Assembly: GCA_964349355.1 (NCBI GenBank)
Contig: CAYGFZ010000004.1
Coordinates: forward strand, 1 to 63,567
DNA length: 63,567 nucleotides
Direction: 5' to 3'
Origin: an uncultured Coriobacteriaceae bacterium
GTDB taxonomy: Bacteria > Actinomycetota > Coriobacteriia > Anaerosomatales > SLCP01
The translations under genes were made by a program, and so were the position numbers. This document shows positions 1 through 10,100 of this stretch, one piece after another. The notes beneath the pieces are model-generated. The model worked only from the letters and a program-made list of their open reading frames with translations. It made no database searches and was not told the DNA's origin. Numbering within the stretch: the first letter of the stretch is position 1; the number at the start of each line of letters is the position of its first letter.

Positions 1-5
1 TGCTC

Positions 6-329
6 GTGCGAAAGGGTGTCTTGGTACTGGTTCTGGCGCTCGCCTTGGTATCGGTTACTGCCTGCGACACAGCTGACACGACCGGGCCCGACTCCACCGG
101 GCAGCCCGGAAGCACTACGGCCGATCAGACCTCCCTACCTCCAGGTTGGTCAGTAGGCTACTTCGAGGACGTCGACAACGGAGGCGCCGAGGCGAAGATC
201 GCGCTCGACGGCGGGGACTACACGCCCGCCAGTCCTGATGGGATGGGCGGCGGGGTTCTGGTCGGGGTCTTCGTGAACGACGATGCCACCCTTATCGTCA
301 CAACGGTCTCCACGATCACCGCCCCCTAG
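6..329 (+). CDS. small secreted lipoprotein, hypothetical
   Basis: Hydrophobic N-terminus ending in lipobox-like LVSVTAC. GTG start. No recognisable domain. Confidence 0.5.
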   Translation: MRKGVLVLVLALALVSVTACDTADTTGPDSTGQPGSTTADQTSLPPGWSVGYFEDVDNGGAEAKIALDGGDYTPASPDGMGGGVLVGVFVNDDATLIVTTVSTITAP

Positions 330-395
330 GCGCCTCCGTCCGTCGCGTCGCGAGCCACGTACTCTCTCTGGCATTCGTCGACCGCGAGCCCTGCG

Positions 396-1994
396 GTGTT
401 ACGCCTCATGTCCGCCAGGATAGCGTCAAATCGGTTCTCCCGTGCGCGCGTACGGGATATGCTCTTCGCACGGCGTGCGTCATTCGGCGTCGTGCGTGCC
501 ACACATCCTCACCGAGACCCGGAGTCCACCGTGCCCGAACATCTCGCCCGCGCCTCCACCGACGACCAGCGTGACTCTGCCTACCGTGCCTTCCTCGCGG
601 CCCACCCCGGCTACGACGCCACCGCGATCGACGACCTGCGCTCCCGTGAGTTCGCACGGCTCGACGACCTCGGCCACGTCTACCTCGACTACACCGGCGG
701 CGGACTCTATGCCTCCTCGCAGATCACCTCGCACCACGAACTGCTCGCGGCCGGCGTCTTCGGCAATCCGCACTCCCAAAACCCCACCTCGCTCGCCGCG
801 ACCGAACTCGTCGAGCGCGCTCGTGCGGCAGTCCACACCTACTTCAACGCACCTCCGGACGAGTACGACGTCATCTTCACGCACAACGCGAGCGGCGCGC
901 TCAAGCTCGTCGGAGAGTCCTACCCGTTCGGCGAGAATGCGCCCTACCTGCTCGCCTACGACAACCACAACTCCGTGAACGGCATCCGCGAGTACGCGCG
1001 GCGGGCCGGCGCCCGCATCAACTACGTCCCGGTGCGTCCGCCTGACCTGTCGCTCGATTCTGCGCTTCTTGAGCGCGCACTTGCCGGGGAGGTCCCTCCC
1101 GGCGGACGCGGGCTGTTCGCCTACCCTGCGCAGTCGAACTTCTCGGGCGTGCAGCACACGCTCGAGTGGGTCGACCTCGCTCATGAGCACAGGTGGGACG
1201 TCCTGCTCGACAGTGCGGCATTCGTGCCTACCAACCGGCTCGACCTCTCGCGCGTCCACCCGGACTTCGTCTGCGTCTCCTTCTACAAGATGTTCGGCTA
1301 CCCGACCGGAGCGGGGGCGCTCATCGCCCGTCGCGAGGCGCTCGCACGACTGCGGCGACCGTGGTTCGCGGGAGGCACTATCACGCTCGCCTCCGTTCAG
1401 GGCGAGGGCTGGTACCACCTCGCGCCAGGACACGTCGGCTTCGAGGACGGCACGCTGGACTACCTGTGCCTTCCCGCCGTCACGATAGGGCTCGAGCTCC
1501 TCGGCAGGGTAGGAATCGACGCCATCCACGACCGTGTCAGTGCGCTCACCGCATGGACCCTCGGCCAGATGAGTTCGCTCACCCACACGAGCGGTGCTCC
1601 GCTCGTGCGTATCTTCGGTCCCACCACGCCTGCCGCGCGAGGTGGCACCATCGCCTTCTACCTTCTCGACCCCTCCGGCGCGGTCTACGACGTACGCCGC
1701 ATCGAGGAGCTTGCGGGAGCCCGGCGGATCAGCGTGCGCACGGGATGCTTCTGCAACCCTGGCGACGGCGAGATCGCCCACGGCATCACCCGCGACGATA
1801 TGGAGAGTTGCTTCGCCGACGAACAGGTGCCCGTGACTCTCGCCGACTGCCAACGGATCATCGAGGACTCGACCGGCAAGGTGCCCAATACCATCCGCAT
1901 CTCTTTTGGCCTTGCGTCGAACTTCGACGACGCGCAGGAGTTCCTCACCTTCGCCGAGGAGTTCCGTGATCGGGACTGCCGGGAGCTGGGCTGA
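396..1994 (+). CDS. aminotransferase class V-fold PLP enzyme, molybdenum-cofactor-sulfurase/NifS-like
   Basis: Motifs YLDYTGGGLY, THNASGALKLVGESYPF and SFYKMFGYPTGAGALI (PLP-lysine region). The true start may lie downstream of 396. Confidence 0.75.
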   Translation: MLRLMSARIASNRFSRARVRDMLFARRASFGVVRATHPHRDPESTVPEHLARASTDDQRDSAYRAFLAAHPGYDATAIDDLRSREFARLDDLGHVYLDYTGGGLYASSQITSHHELLAAGVFGNPHSQNPTSLAATELVERARAAVHTYFNAPPDEYDVIFTHNASGALKLVGESYPFGENAPYLLAYDNHNSVNGIREYARRAGARINYVPVRPPDLSLDSALLERALAGEVPPGGRGLFAYPAQSNFSGVQHTLEWVDLAHEHRWDVLLDSAAFVPTNRLDLSRVHPDFVCVSFYKMFGYPTGAGALIARREALARLRRPWFAGGTITLASVQGEGWYHLAPGHVGFEDGTLDYLCLPAVTIGLELLGRVGIDAIHDRVSALTAWTLGQMSSLTHTSGAPLVRIFGPTTPAARGGTIAFYLLDPSGAVYDVRRIEELAGARRISVRTGCFCNPGDGEIAHGITRDDMESCFADEQVPVTLADCQRIIEDSTGKVPNTIRISFGLASNFDDAQEFLTFAEEFRDRDCRELG

Positions 1995-2137
1995 CCGCAC
2001 AGTGGTCGGGGCTTGTGCTACACATTCCATTTCGATACTCTGCTACCCTGTTCATATGACAGATTGCTATACAGATTGTTCTGGGTATTGACACTCTGTA
2101 AGTTGTAGCGACGTCCCGCGGGGCATGAGGAGGAACC

Positions 2138-3322
2138 ATGATCATCGGAATCCCCAAAGAGATTCTCGTCCGTGAGCGCCGCGTGGCCGCGCTTCCCGAT
2201 GAGGTCGCGGCCTATGTCGACATGGGCTTTGAGGTACGGATCGAGGCAGGAGCCGGCGATGGATCGCTCCACCCCGACGAGGACTACCGCTCGGTCGGCG
2301 CCACCATCGTCTCCGACGCGCAGGAGCTGTTCTCCTCGTCGGACATCGTGCTGAAGGTCAAGCAGCCGCACTTCAACTCCGCGCTCGGCCGACACGAAGC
2401 CGAGATGATCCGCGAGGGCGCGATGCTCATCACCTTCCTGCACCCTGCCGCCCCATCGAATCACGACATGGTCCGCACCCTGGCCGCGCGCAACATCACC
2501 TCGCTTACCATGGATGGCATTCCTCGCATCTCCCGCGCTCAGAGCATGGACGCGCTCTCATCGATGTCGACCGTGACCGGCTACAAGTCCGTCATCATGG
2601 CGACCGCCGCACTTCCGCGCTTCGTCCCGATGATCGGGACAGCGATCGGTGCGACCAAGCCCGCCGAGTTCCTGATCATCGGCGCCGGCGTGGTCGGCCT
2701 ACAGGCGATCGCGACTGCGAAGCGCCTCGGCGGGATTGTCAAAGCGGTCGACATCCGTGCGGCCGCCCGCGAGGAGGCGACGAGTCTCGGCGCGAAGATC
2801 GTCGGATTCGAGGCTCCCGAAGAGTACGCTATCGGCGAGGGCGGCTATGCCGGCGCACTCCCCGCCGAGTGGCTCGCACGCGAGCGCGAGGCGCTTGCTC
2901 CCCTGGTCGCCTCGGCGGACGTGGTCATCTTGAGTGCGCTCGTTCCCGGCGAGGTCGCACCGGTCCTGATCACGCAAGAGATGATCGCAGGGATGCGGCC
3001 CGGCTCCGTGATCGTCGATGTCTCGGTCGACCAGGGCGGTAACTGCGCCGCCACCGTGCCCGCCGAGGAGACCGTCACAGACGGCGTCACCGTCATGGGA
3101 TACGTCAACATCCCCGGCTCGGTCCCGGTACACGCGAGCTGGCTCTATGGCAAGAACATGCTCGCGTTCATGAAGAACCTCTTCAAAGAGGGGCCGGGTT
3201 CTCCCGACTTCGATGACGAGATCGTGCGGCATACGCTGGTCACTCGCGATCGGGCCATCATCCACACGGGAGCCCTGCACGCGATGGGCGAGCGCTCCGA
3301 CGCTGTCGCCGCCGGCGCCTAG
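2138..3322 (+). CDS. pntAA: NAD(P) transhydrogenase alpha subunit part 1 (alanine-dehydrogenase-like dI)
   Basis: MIIGIPKEI... N-terminus and Rossmann motif IIGAGVVGLQAIATAKRLGG. GAGGAGG RBS upstream. Followed by pntAB and pntB. Confidence 0.9.
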   Translation: MIIGIPKEILVRERRVAALPDEVAAYVDMGFEVRIEAGAGDGSLHPDEDYRSVGATIVSDAQELFSSSDIVLKVKQPHFNSALGRHEAEMIREGAMLITFLHPAAPSNHDMVRTLAARNITSLTMDGIPRISRAQSMDALSSMSTVTGYKSVIMATAALPRFVPMIGTAIGATKPAEFLIIGAGVVGLQAIATAKRLGGIVKAVDIRAAAREEATSLGAKIVGFEAPEEYAIGEGGYAGALPAEWLAREREALAPLVASADVVILSALVPGEVAPVLITQEMIAGMRPGSVIVDVSVDQGGNCAATVPAEETVTDGVTVMGYVNIPGSVPVHASWLYGKNMLAFMKNLFKEGPGSPDFDDEIVRHTLVTRDRAIIHTGALHAMGERSDAVAAGA

Positions 3323-3334
3323 GGAGGCGACACG

Positions 3335-3622
3335 ATGAACGAGATCATCCTGATGCTCGCGATCTTCGCGGTCACCTCGGCGGTGAGTTACCTGCTCATC
3401 TCGCGGGTCCCCCAGCGCCTCCACACGCCGCTCATGTCGTTCACGAATGCGATCTCGGCAGTCACGATCCTCGGCGCACTCCTGCTCTTCGCCGCCGACG
3501 GCTCTGCGGCGCTCTCGGGTGTCGAGATCGCCCTCGGCGCTCTCGCCATCGGCCTGGCGGCGTTCAACCTGCTCGGCGGACTGGCCGTGACCGACCGTAT
3601 GACCGGCATGTTCAAGCGCTGA
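3335..3622 (+). CDS. pntAB: NAD(P) transhydrogenase alpha subunit part 2 (membrane)
   Basis: 95-aa three-TM protein lying between pntAA and pntB, the typical split-alpha arrangement. Confidence 0.85.
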   Translation: MNEIILMLAIFAVTSAVSYLLISRVPQRLHTPLMSFTNAISAVTILGALLLFAADGSAALSGVEIALGALAIGLAAFNLLGGLAVTDRMTGMFKR

Positions 3623-3643
3623 GTCGATGACCGAACGGGGCAT

Positions 3644-5086
3644 GTGATGACCGACTGGATGGAACTGCTCGTCGACCTGGCCGTGATCGCCGTGTTCATC
3701 GGCGGTATCGCTCAGTTCCGCAACCCTGCCGGTGCGCGGAGAGGCAACGCCACCGCAGCGCTCGCACTCGCGATCGCGGTGGCGCTCGTCGTCTCGCGCA
3801 ACACGATCGGGAACGTCTGGGTCGTTCTCCTCGCCTTCGCGCTCGGCGGCGGGATCGGCTACCTGATATCGGCGCGCATCAGCATGACGCATATACCCGC
3901 TCTCGTCGCGTTCCAGAACGGTGCCGGCGGAGGTGCGGCGTGCCTCGTGTCCTTCGTCGAACTCACGCGTGCCGGCGGCGAGATCTCTGCGATCGGCTCG
4001 GTGTTCGGCTTCGTGGGGCTGGTGGTCGGCGGCGCGACACTGGCCGGCAGCATAGTAGCGGGCGGCAAGCTGGCGACATGGTTCCGCGGGCGCCCCACCA
4101 CGCTTCCGGCCCACAACCTGCTTCTGGTACTGCTGATCGCGGTCGTAGCCGTCCTCGCAGTGGTGTCTGGCGGAGCGCAAAGCGGGCAGGCCTCCACGGC
4201 TGCAGTCGTCGGGGTCGCCCTAGCCGCGCTTGCACTGGGCTATCTCTTCGCGATCCGCGTCGGCGGCGCGGACATGCCGGTGCTCATCTCGTTCCTCAAC
4301 ACGTGTTCGGGGCTTGCGGCCGCGTTCGTGGGCGTGGCCGTCGGCAACCAGATGCTTATCGCGGCCGGGGCGATGGTCGGCTCGTCGGGGCTCATCCTCA
4401 CCTTCGTGATGGCACGCGCTATGAACCGCAGGATCGCAAGCATCCTCGTCGGCGGGCGGTTCGCACCTGCACCGCCGGCGATCACAGAAACCGGGGAGGT
4501 TCTCCCTCCCGACGCAGCGGCTGACGTCCCGGCCCCGCTCGATTCATCCGAGTCCGTCCCCGCTCCTTCCGCCTCGCCGGTCGAACGCGCCCGCGATGCG
4601 CTGGCCGGGGCGAAGTCGGTCATCATCGTGCCTGGCTACGGTATGGCGCTCGCGCAGGCACAGTCCAACGTCGCCGCACTCGCGACCGAGCTGGAGGCTG
4701 CCGGCGTGGAGGTGCGCTTCGCCGTCCATCCGGTCGCCGGCCGCATGCCCGGTCACATGCACGTCCTCTTGGCCGAGGCGGACGTCGAGTACGACAAGCT
4801 CTTCGAGATGGACGCGATCAACGATGACTTCGCGGATACCGATGTCGCGATCGTCGTGGGCGCCTGCGACGTGGTGAACCCCTCGGCCATCACTGTTGAG
4901 AACACGCCGATCTCCGGTATGCCGATACTTAACGTCCACGAGGCCGGGTCGGTCATCGTGTGCAACCTCGACGCAAACCCCGGATACTCCGGGGTCCCCA
5001 ACCCCCTCTACGACGACCCCGAAGCCATCACGCTCTTCGGCGATGCGAAGGAGACTGTAACGGCACTCCTCGGCTGCCGGGGATAG
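3644..5086 (+). CDS. pntB: NAD(P) transhydrogenase beta subunit
   Basis: Polytopic N-terminal half plus a dIII domain (VIIVPGYGMALAQAQ, FAVHPVAGRMPGHMHVLLAEA). Confidence 0.9.
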   Translation: MMTDWMELLVDLAVIAVFIGGIAQFRNPAGARRGNATAALALAIAVALVVSRNTIGNVWVVLLAFALGGGIGYLISARISMTHIPALVAFQNGAGGGAACLVSFVELTRAGGEISAIGSVFGFVGLVVGGATLAGSIVAGGKLATWFRGRPTTLPAHNLLLVLLIAVVAVLAVVSGGAQSGQASTAAVVGVALAALALGYLFAIRVGGADMPVLISFLNTCSGLAAAFVGVAVGNQMLIAAGAMVGSSGLILTFVMARAMNRRIASILVGGRFAPAPPAITETGEVLPPDAAADVPAPLDSSESVPAPSASPVERARDALAGAKSVIIVPGYGMALAQAQSNVAALATELEAAGVEVRFAVHPVAGRMPGHMHVLLAEADVEYDKLFEMDAINDDFADTDVAIVVGACDVVNPSAITVENTPISGMPILNVHEAGSVIVCNLDANPGYSGVPNPLYDDPEAITLFGDAKETVTALLGCRG

Positions 5087-5117
5087 CCCGGGTAGCGGAG
5101 CCCGCACCGCACACACA

Positions 5118-5160
5118 GCGACCCCTGCGAAGTTCCCGCAAGGGTCGCTCGTTTGTTTCT
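5118..5160 (+). terminator. rho-independent terminator after pntB
   Basis: GCGACCCCTGCG-loop-CGCAAGGGTCGC hairpin (11 bp with one mismatch) followed by TCGTTTGTTTCT. Confidence 0.55.
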
Positions 5161-5161
5161 G

Positions 5162-5255
5162 TGGCGGAGAGCGAGGGATTCGAACCCTCGATACGAGTTC
5201 AAGCTCGTATACACGATTTCCAGTCGTGCGCCTTCAGCCTCTCGGCCAGCTCTCC
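5162..5255 (-). tRNA. tRNA-Ser (anticodon GGA), long variable arm, CCA encoded
   Basis: The reverse complement reads GGAGAGCTGGCCGAG...CT-GGA-AA...long extra arm...GGTTCGAATCCCTCGCTCTCCGCCA. Confidence 0.9.
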
Positions 5256-5395
5256 GTGTGCTCCTCCTCCACCGACGGCGAGATCGGCGAAGAAGCAGCA
5301 TCCGCGAGTATACCGAGGATGGATGTGCGCAGCAACGCGCACAAACGGGAACACTCTCTACACGACCGGTATTCGACCAATACGGAGTGATCGAT

Positions 5396-5785
5396 GTGAA
5401 CATCCAAGACTACAAGGACCGACTTCCCGAGGTACGCGATCGGATCGACGAATGGCGCGAGGAGTTGCCAGAGCCCGAGGTCATGGAAACGGTCGCAGGA
5501 GCGGCACTTCTTGGCTTCGGCGTGGTGAGCGCAGTCTTCGCTCTCCTGCGCGAACGCCGCAGCAACTGGGCCTGGTTCCTGCCCGCGGTGCTGCTGACCG
5601 GCGGTGCCGCACTGCTGATCGCGAGTGGGCTACAGTATCGCGAGAATCGCATCGACCTGGCCGAGGAGACCGTACGGGCGGAACTCGGACGCCTCGATCC
5701 GATCGCGCGCGCGAAGGTGATGAAAGACGTCGCCGAAGAGCAGCTGTCGGTCTTCACACGCAGGGGTGCGGACGCAGAGGCGTAG
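5396..5785 (+). CDS. hypothetical two-TM membrane protein
   Basis: The upstream part of the tracked ORF overlaps the tRNA, so I chose an internal GTG start (5387 or 5396). Two hydrophobic helices. No domain recognised. Confidence 0.4.
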   Translation: MNIQDYKDRLPEVRDRIDEWREELPEPEVMETVAGAALLGFGVVSAVFALLRERRSNWAWFLPAVLLTGGAALLIASGLQYRENRIDLAEETVRAELGRLDPIARAKVMKDVAEEQLSVFTRRGADAEA

Positions 5786-5809
5786 GCGTGGGCCTGATGA
5801 ACGGCGGGA

Positions 5810-6580
5810 CTACGGCTTAGGAGGCTGTGGTCTCGTCGTTGCTGTGCCCGCCGCGGGAGATCCGGTCGACACCCATATCGATACGGTGGTGCCCCGTGCG
5901 GCCACGGTGTCAGGGGCCGGATCCTGGAAATAGACGATGCCGCGAGGGACAGCGGTCGTCGATGCACCGTACGCGACCGTGACCCGGTATCCGGCTCTCC
6001 TGAGCAACGCGACTCCGTCAGACTCGGAAAGCCCGAGCGCCTGCGGGACACGCGGACGGCCGTCAGTGGGGCGGGCGGGATCGATCGGGCGGGGAGTCCC
6101 ACCGGGCGGGGCCCACTCGATGCCGAGTTCGTCGAGATCGGGCCTGGCAGCAGTGTCGTCATCCACACCCGGCTCGCCCTCGGCGAGGAAGAGGTCAACT
6201 GTGCTGCCCTTGAGTGCGCGCGCACCGCCCTCGGGACTCTGTCCCGTGACCTCACCGGCGCGACCCTCGACCGAGGGACGTTCGAGGACTTCACCGACCA
6301 CAAAACCAGCCTCTTCGATGACTTCGGTCGCACGCTGCTCGGGAAGGCCGATCACATCAGGCACGACAGCGTAGCGGGAGAAGAGCCACCAGAGGATGAG
6401 AAGCAGAAGGACGACCAGGCCGATCGCAGCGAGGATACCGCGCTTCCGGCGGTCGTCGCCCTCCTCGGCGGAGGCAGCCAGATCCTCGTACTCTGTGCCC
6501 TCAAGTGCACTCACGCATGTGTCCTTCCCCCGTGTCACGCCCCGAAATCCTCGGCGAGCCTGACCACCGTTCATTATCAC
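5810..6580 (-). CDS. membrane-anchored PASTA domain protein (two PASTA-like repeats)
   Basis: One TM helix (ILAAIGLVVLLLLILWWLF), then VPDVIGLPEQRATEVIEEAGF... and PQALGLSESDGVALLRRAGYRV... repeats. No kinase or PBP domain. Start uncertain. Confidence 0.7.
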   Translation of the reverse strand: MIMNGGQARRGFRGVTRGKDTCVSALEGTEYEDLAASAEEGDDRRKRGILAAIGLVVLLLLILWWLFSRYAVVPDVIGLPEQRATEVIEEAGFVVGEVLERPSVEGRAGEVTGQSPEGGARALKGSTVDLFLAEGEPGVDDDTAARPDLDELGIEWAPPGGTPRPIDPARPTDGRPRVPQALGLSESDGVALLRRAGYRVTVAYGASTTAVPRGIVYFQDPAPDTVAARGTTVSIWVSTGSPAAGTATTRPQPPKP

Positions 6581-6718
6581 ACAGATTCACACGTTCGACA
6601 GCAGCGCTCTCCCGGACCGCTTCGTCTGCATCCCCTCAGAGCAAGGGTTCCGGAAGGAATGCCCGGGTGCGGGTATAACATCGTAATGAGTCCCGCAACG
6701 ACCAAGGAGACGACTGCT

Positions 6719-7594
6719 ATGCGACGACACAACCCGAGCCGCGCGACTTTCGCCCTGGCCGTGGCGGTCGCGCTACTCGTCGCGATCGGACCGGTCGGCT
6801 GTGCAACCACTCCCGATGCGGCCGAGCCGCCCGCTCCCGAGCCCACCGTCACCCCCGAGCCCGAAGAGCCCGCCGAGGCGACCTCATTCAACGTCTACTT
6901 CGTGCGCGGAGAGCACCTCGGCGTAGGAGTGCGCGAGGTTCCGGCTACCGTGACGGTCGCCGAAGCAGCCATGGAAGCCCTCCTCGGCGGTCCGACCCCT
7001 GAAGAGGCCGAGGTTGGACTGGCGACCGAGATACCTGCCGGCACCCGCCTACTCGGCGTTGATATCGCCGACGGAGTGGCGACGGTCGACCTCTCGGGCG
7101 ACTTCGAGGCCGCCGGCGGCTCGCTGTCGATGCGGTTGCGCGTCGCACAGGTAGTCTTCACGCTCACGCAGTTCGAAACAGTCGATGAGGTCGCGTTCAT
7201 GCTCGACGGGGCCGGGGTCGAGGCCATCGGCGGCGAGGGCATCATGGTCGCGCCGCCCGTGGACCGCCTCTCCTTCGCCGACAACACCGCTCCCCCGATC
7301 CTCATCGAGTCGCCCGCACCCTGGCAGGAGGTCTCGTCGCCGCTGCGCGTGACCGGAATGTCGAATACCTTCGAGGCTAACCTGCTCTACGAGATCATCG
7401 ATCCGAGCGGACAGATCGTCGAGGAGGGCTTCTCGACAGCGACGTCCGGGAGCGGCGCCTGGGGCACGTTCGACTTCACGGTCCCCTACGAGATCGAATA
7501 CGAAGGGGTCGGTGCGCTGATCGTCTTCGAAGAATCCGCCGAGGACGGCTCGCGGATCAATCTGGTGGATATCCCGGTCCGCATGGTGGAATGA
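6719..7594 (+). CDS. GerMN plus Gmad2 Ig-like domain lipoprotein
   Basis: AAGGAG RBS and lipobox GPVGC. GerMN-like segment (MEALLGGPTPEE...VATVDLSGDF). C-terminal Ig-like segment (SPLRVTGMSNTFEANLLYEI). Confidence 0.75.
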   Translation: MRRHNPSRATFALAVAVALLVAIGPVGCATTPDAAEPPAPEPTVTPEPEEPAEATSFNVYFVRGEHLGVGVREVPATVTVAEAAMEALLGGPTPEEAEVGLATEIPAGTRLLGVDIADGVATVDLSGDFEAAGGSLSMRLRVAQVVFTLTQFETVDEVAFMLDGAGVEAIGGEGIMVAPPVDRLSFADNTAPPILIESPAPWQEVSSPLRVTGMSNTFEANLLYEIIDPSGQIVEEGFSTATSGSGAWGTFDFTVPYEIEYEGVGALIVFEESAEDGSRINLVDIPVRMVE

Positions 7595-7604
7595 TCGGCG
7601 CGGG

Positions 7605-8873
7605 TCACTCCACCGGGTCGCGGACGATCGGGCAGGTCATGCAGTGGCAACCTCCTCGGCCTTTGCCGAGTTCGGAGCCCTCGATCTCGAGCACTTCGAT
7701 GCCGGCATCGCGAAGAAGCGCGTTGGTCCGCGTGTTCTTCGAGTAGCCGACCACCACCCCGGGCTCGATGGCGACCACATTGTTCGCGTCGTCCCACTGC
7801 TCGCGTGAAGCGATGAAAGCGTCGCCCCCGGTCGGCACCACGCGCAACCTCTCGACTCCGAGGGCGTCGGCAACGGCCTCTAGCAGGCCTGCTTCCTCGG
7901 TGATCTCGAAGAGGTCGGCCTTGTCGCCGGGACGCACGCTGTAGACACGCATCGAGTCGAGCACCGGTGCGTATGCCGTCACTGCGTCGTGATCGATGAA
8001 GCAAAAGACCGTGTCGAGGTGCATGTACGCTCTGTCGACCGACATGCGGCACGCGATGATGCGCTCGGCGGCTCCTGCGGCAAAGAGCGAGCGCGCGATG
8101 TGCTCCACCATGCGCCCCGTGGAACGCTCGCCGAGGCCCACGAGCACCGTCTTGTTGCCGATGGGCATGATGTCGCCACCCTCCAGCGACACCTCCTGGC
8201 CGAGGTCCTCCACCGCGAATCGCCCCGAATCGCCCTCGGGTGGGTACCAGAAATCGAACTGCGCCCCGGCAAAGCGGGGATGGTGCCGGTAGATGAGCGA
8301 GACGTTGACGACCTCGAGTCTGCGCGCATGCCAGAAGAGTGGCGGCAGCACCACACCTCCGTAGAGCCAGGCACTGGAGTCGCGCGTGAACATGGTGTTG
8401 GGTAGCGGCGGCAGCACGAAGCTCTCCGGCTCGGCGAGCACGGCCCCCAGGGAGTAGCGGTTCAACGCCTCTATGTCGACGCCATCGAGCTCGTCGATGA
8501 GCAGGCCACCGATCAGTATCTCTGCAAGCCGATCCGATGCCTGATCGAGCAGGTAGGCACGCAGATCGCGGACGAGCGACGGACCGACCGTATAGGAGGA
8601 GACGGCACGGGCGACACTTTCGCGCCGTGCGACCTCACTGGCGGTCAGTGTCTCGGCAAGAAGGTCGGAGAGGTGCAGCACCTCGACCCCGCGATCGCGC
8701 AGGATGCCGGTGAACGCGTCGTGCTCGGCCTGGGCGCGCTCGACCCACACGAGGTCGTCGAAGAGGAACCGTTCGCGATTGCGGGGAGTCAGTCGTTCGA
8801 GCGCACGCCCCGGCCGGTGCACGAGCACCGTGCGCAACCTGCCGACCTCCGAGTGGACCCCGAGACGCTCCAT
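7605..8873 (-). CDS. arcA: arginine deiminase
   Basis: N-terminus GVHSEVGRLRTVLVHRPG and C-terminal catalytic GGCHCMTCP. Confidence 0.9.
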   Translation of the reverse strand: MERLGVHSEVGRLRTVLVHRPGRALERLTPRNRERFLFDDLVWVERAQAEHDAFTGILRDRGVEVLHLSDLLAETLTASEVARRESVARAVSSYTVGPSLVRDLRAYLLDQASDRLAEILIGGLLIDELDGVDIEALNRYSLGAVLAEPESFVLPPLPNTMFTRDSSAWLYGGVVLPPLFWHARRLEVVNVSLIYRHHPRFAGAQFDFWYPPEGDSGRFAVEDLGQEVSLEGGDIMPIGNKTVLVGLGERSTGRMVEHIARSLFAAGAAERIIACRMSVDRAYMHLDTVFCFIDHDAVTAYAPVLDSMRVYSVRPGDKADLFEITEEAGLLEAVADALGVERLRVVPTGGDAFIASREQWDDANNVVAIEPGVVVGYSKNTRTNALLRDAGIEVLEIEGSELGKGRGGCHCMTCPIVRDPVE

Positions 8874-8925
8874 GCGACCTTCCCGTCCGACTTCAACCGC
8901 CGAGCCACCTACGAGCGTACCAGAT

Positions 8926-9855
8926 TCATGCGTTCACCTGCGGTCGGAGTCGCACACGGTAGGTGCCGATCCGCACGGAGACCGTGACGTCGCGTTGCCC
9001 GGATGCGGTCGGGTCGGCGTCCGGCCGCGCGTGGTACGCACCGGGGCCCATCGCCTCAGCAGCAGCGACGTCCTCGTCGCTCATCGCCACCGTGTACTCG
9101 CAGGACTCCTCCCCGGCGAGTTCGAACCACCCGCCAACAGAGGTCTCGAGGCGTTCGGCCTTTCGCTCGTCGACGGTGAGCATGCCTCCCCCCGCGACGA
9201 GTTGGGACAGGTGACGCGGTGTCGGCGTGACGACCACCAGCGCCCCACCCGCGACTAGAACACGCGCCATCTCGGCGGCGTTGCGCGGTGCGAAGACATC
9301 AAGAACGACCGCAGCGCTCGCAGGGGCGACCGGCAGCTCCCGCCACACGTCGCACACCAGCACTCCTATGCGAGGATGAGCACGAGCGGCGCGGCGGGCC
9401 GCATGCTTGGAGATGTCGAGCGCCAGCCCCGCGCGTGGGCCAAGTCCGTCGAGCCCGTCAAGCGCGTTGAGCGCGTGCGCAAGGTAGTACCCGGTGCCTG
9501 CTCCGACCTCGATGACGACGCCCTCGAGGCCGTCAGCCGCGCGCATGGCGGCCGACGCGACCCTCTCGGCGATCGGGTCGAAGTGCCCGCGTGCAAGGAA
9601 CGCCTCACGGGCCGCGACCATCGCAGTGGTGTCGGCCGTGCCGGTGTGCGCGTCGCCCGGGAGCAGGCTCACATATCCCTGACGGGCGACATCGAAGGAG
9701 TGACCGCCAGCGCACATAAGCGCCCTGCCAACATCGTCAGGCGCTACGACGACGGCAAGTTCCTGACCACAGTGAGGGCACCGTAGCGCTTCGAGCACGT
9801 CCTCGATCACGCCTGTCCCTCCCCTGCCGCCCGGCCCGCGCTTCCACCGCATCAT
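8926..9855 (-). CDS. rlmA: 23S rRNA (guanine-N1)-methyltransferase RlmA-like
   Basis: Zinc-ribbon LRCPHCGQ...CAGGHSFDVARQGYVSLLPGD followed by a SAM-MTase motif VIEVGAGTGYY. Start ambiguous (9855 or 9915). Confidence 0.7.
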   Translation of the reverse strand: MMRWKRGPGGRGGTGVIEDVLEALRCPHCGQELAVVVAPDDVGRALMCAGGHSFDVARQGYVSLLPGDAHTGTADTTAMVAAREAFLARGHFDPIAERVASAAMRAADGLEGVVIEVGAGTGYYLAHALNALDGLDGLGPRAGLALDISKHAARRAARAHPRIGVLVCDVWRELPVAPASAAVVLDVFAPRNAAEMARVLVAGGALVVVTPTPRHLSQLVAGGGMLTVDERKAERLETSVGGWFELAGEESCEYTVAMSDEDVAAAEAMGPGAYHARPDADPTASGQRDVTVSVRIGTYRVRLRPQVNA

Positions 9856-10100
9856 ACCGCCTGCCCGAGAAGGAACGCGCACCCCGCGGGAGTAGGGGTA
9901 CCATGAGGTGAGCACTCCGGTCGTGAGCGCGCGAGAGATGGATCTCCGAGGCCGCTCGCACCCCGCTCGAGGTCTGGCGCCGCCGGGTAAAGGAGCGCCC
10001 CTACCAGTTCGGTCACGGCTATCAGTTCAAGAGCGTGAAATGCCGAACTTCTGGTACGACGTGCTGTGGGTCCTACATGCGGCCGCTACGGCCGTAGCAC

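Noticed and set aside
480-2030. 516-aa minus-strand ORF opposite the class V aminotransferase gene. Similar long shadow ORFs occur at 2699..4180, 13839..14747, 17681..19507, 36778..38169, 50351..52090, 52205..53164 and 54155..55762.
   Set aside because: They overlap confidently identified genes on the other strand or in another frame. Their translations are Arg/Ala/Pro/Gly-rich with no motifs, which is the usual stop-codon-poor antisense artefact of GC-rich DNA.
1995-2137. AT-rich region upstream of pntAA with a CAGATTG direct repeat and a TTGACA element, considered as a promoter and operator.
   Set aside because: It is plausibly the pnt promoter, but I could not identify a convincing -10 at proper spacing, so I did not call it.
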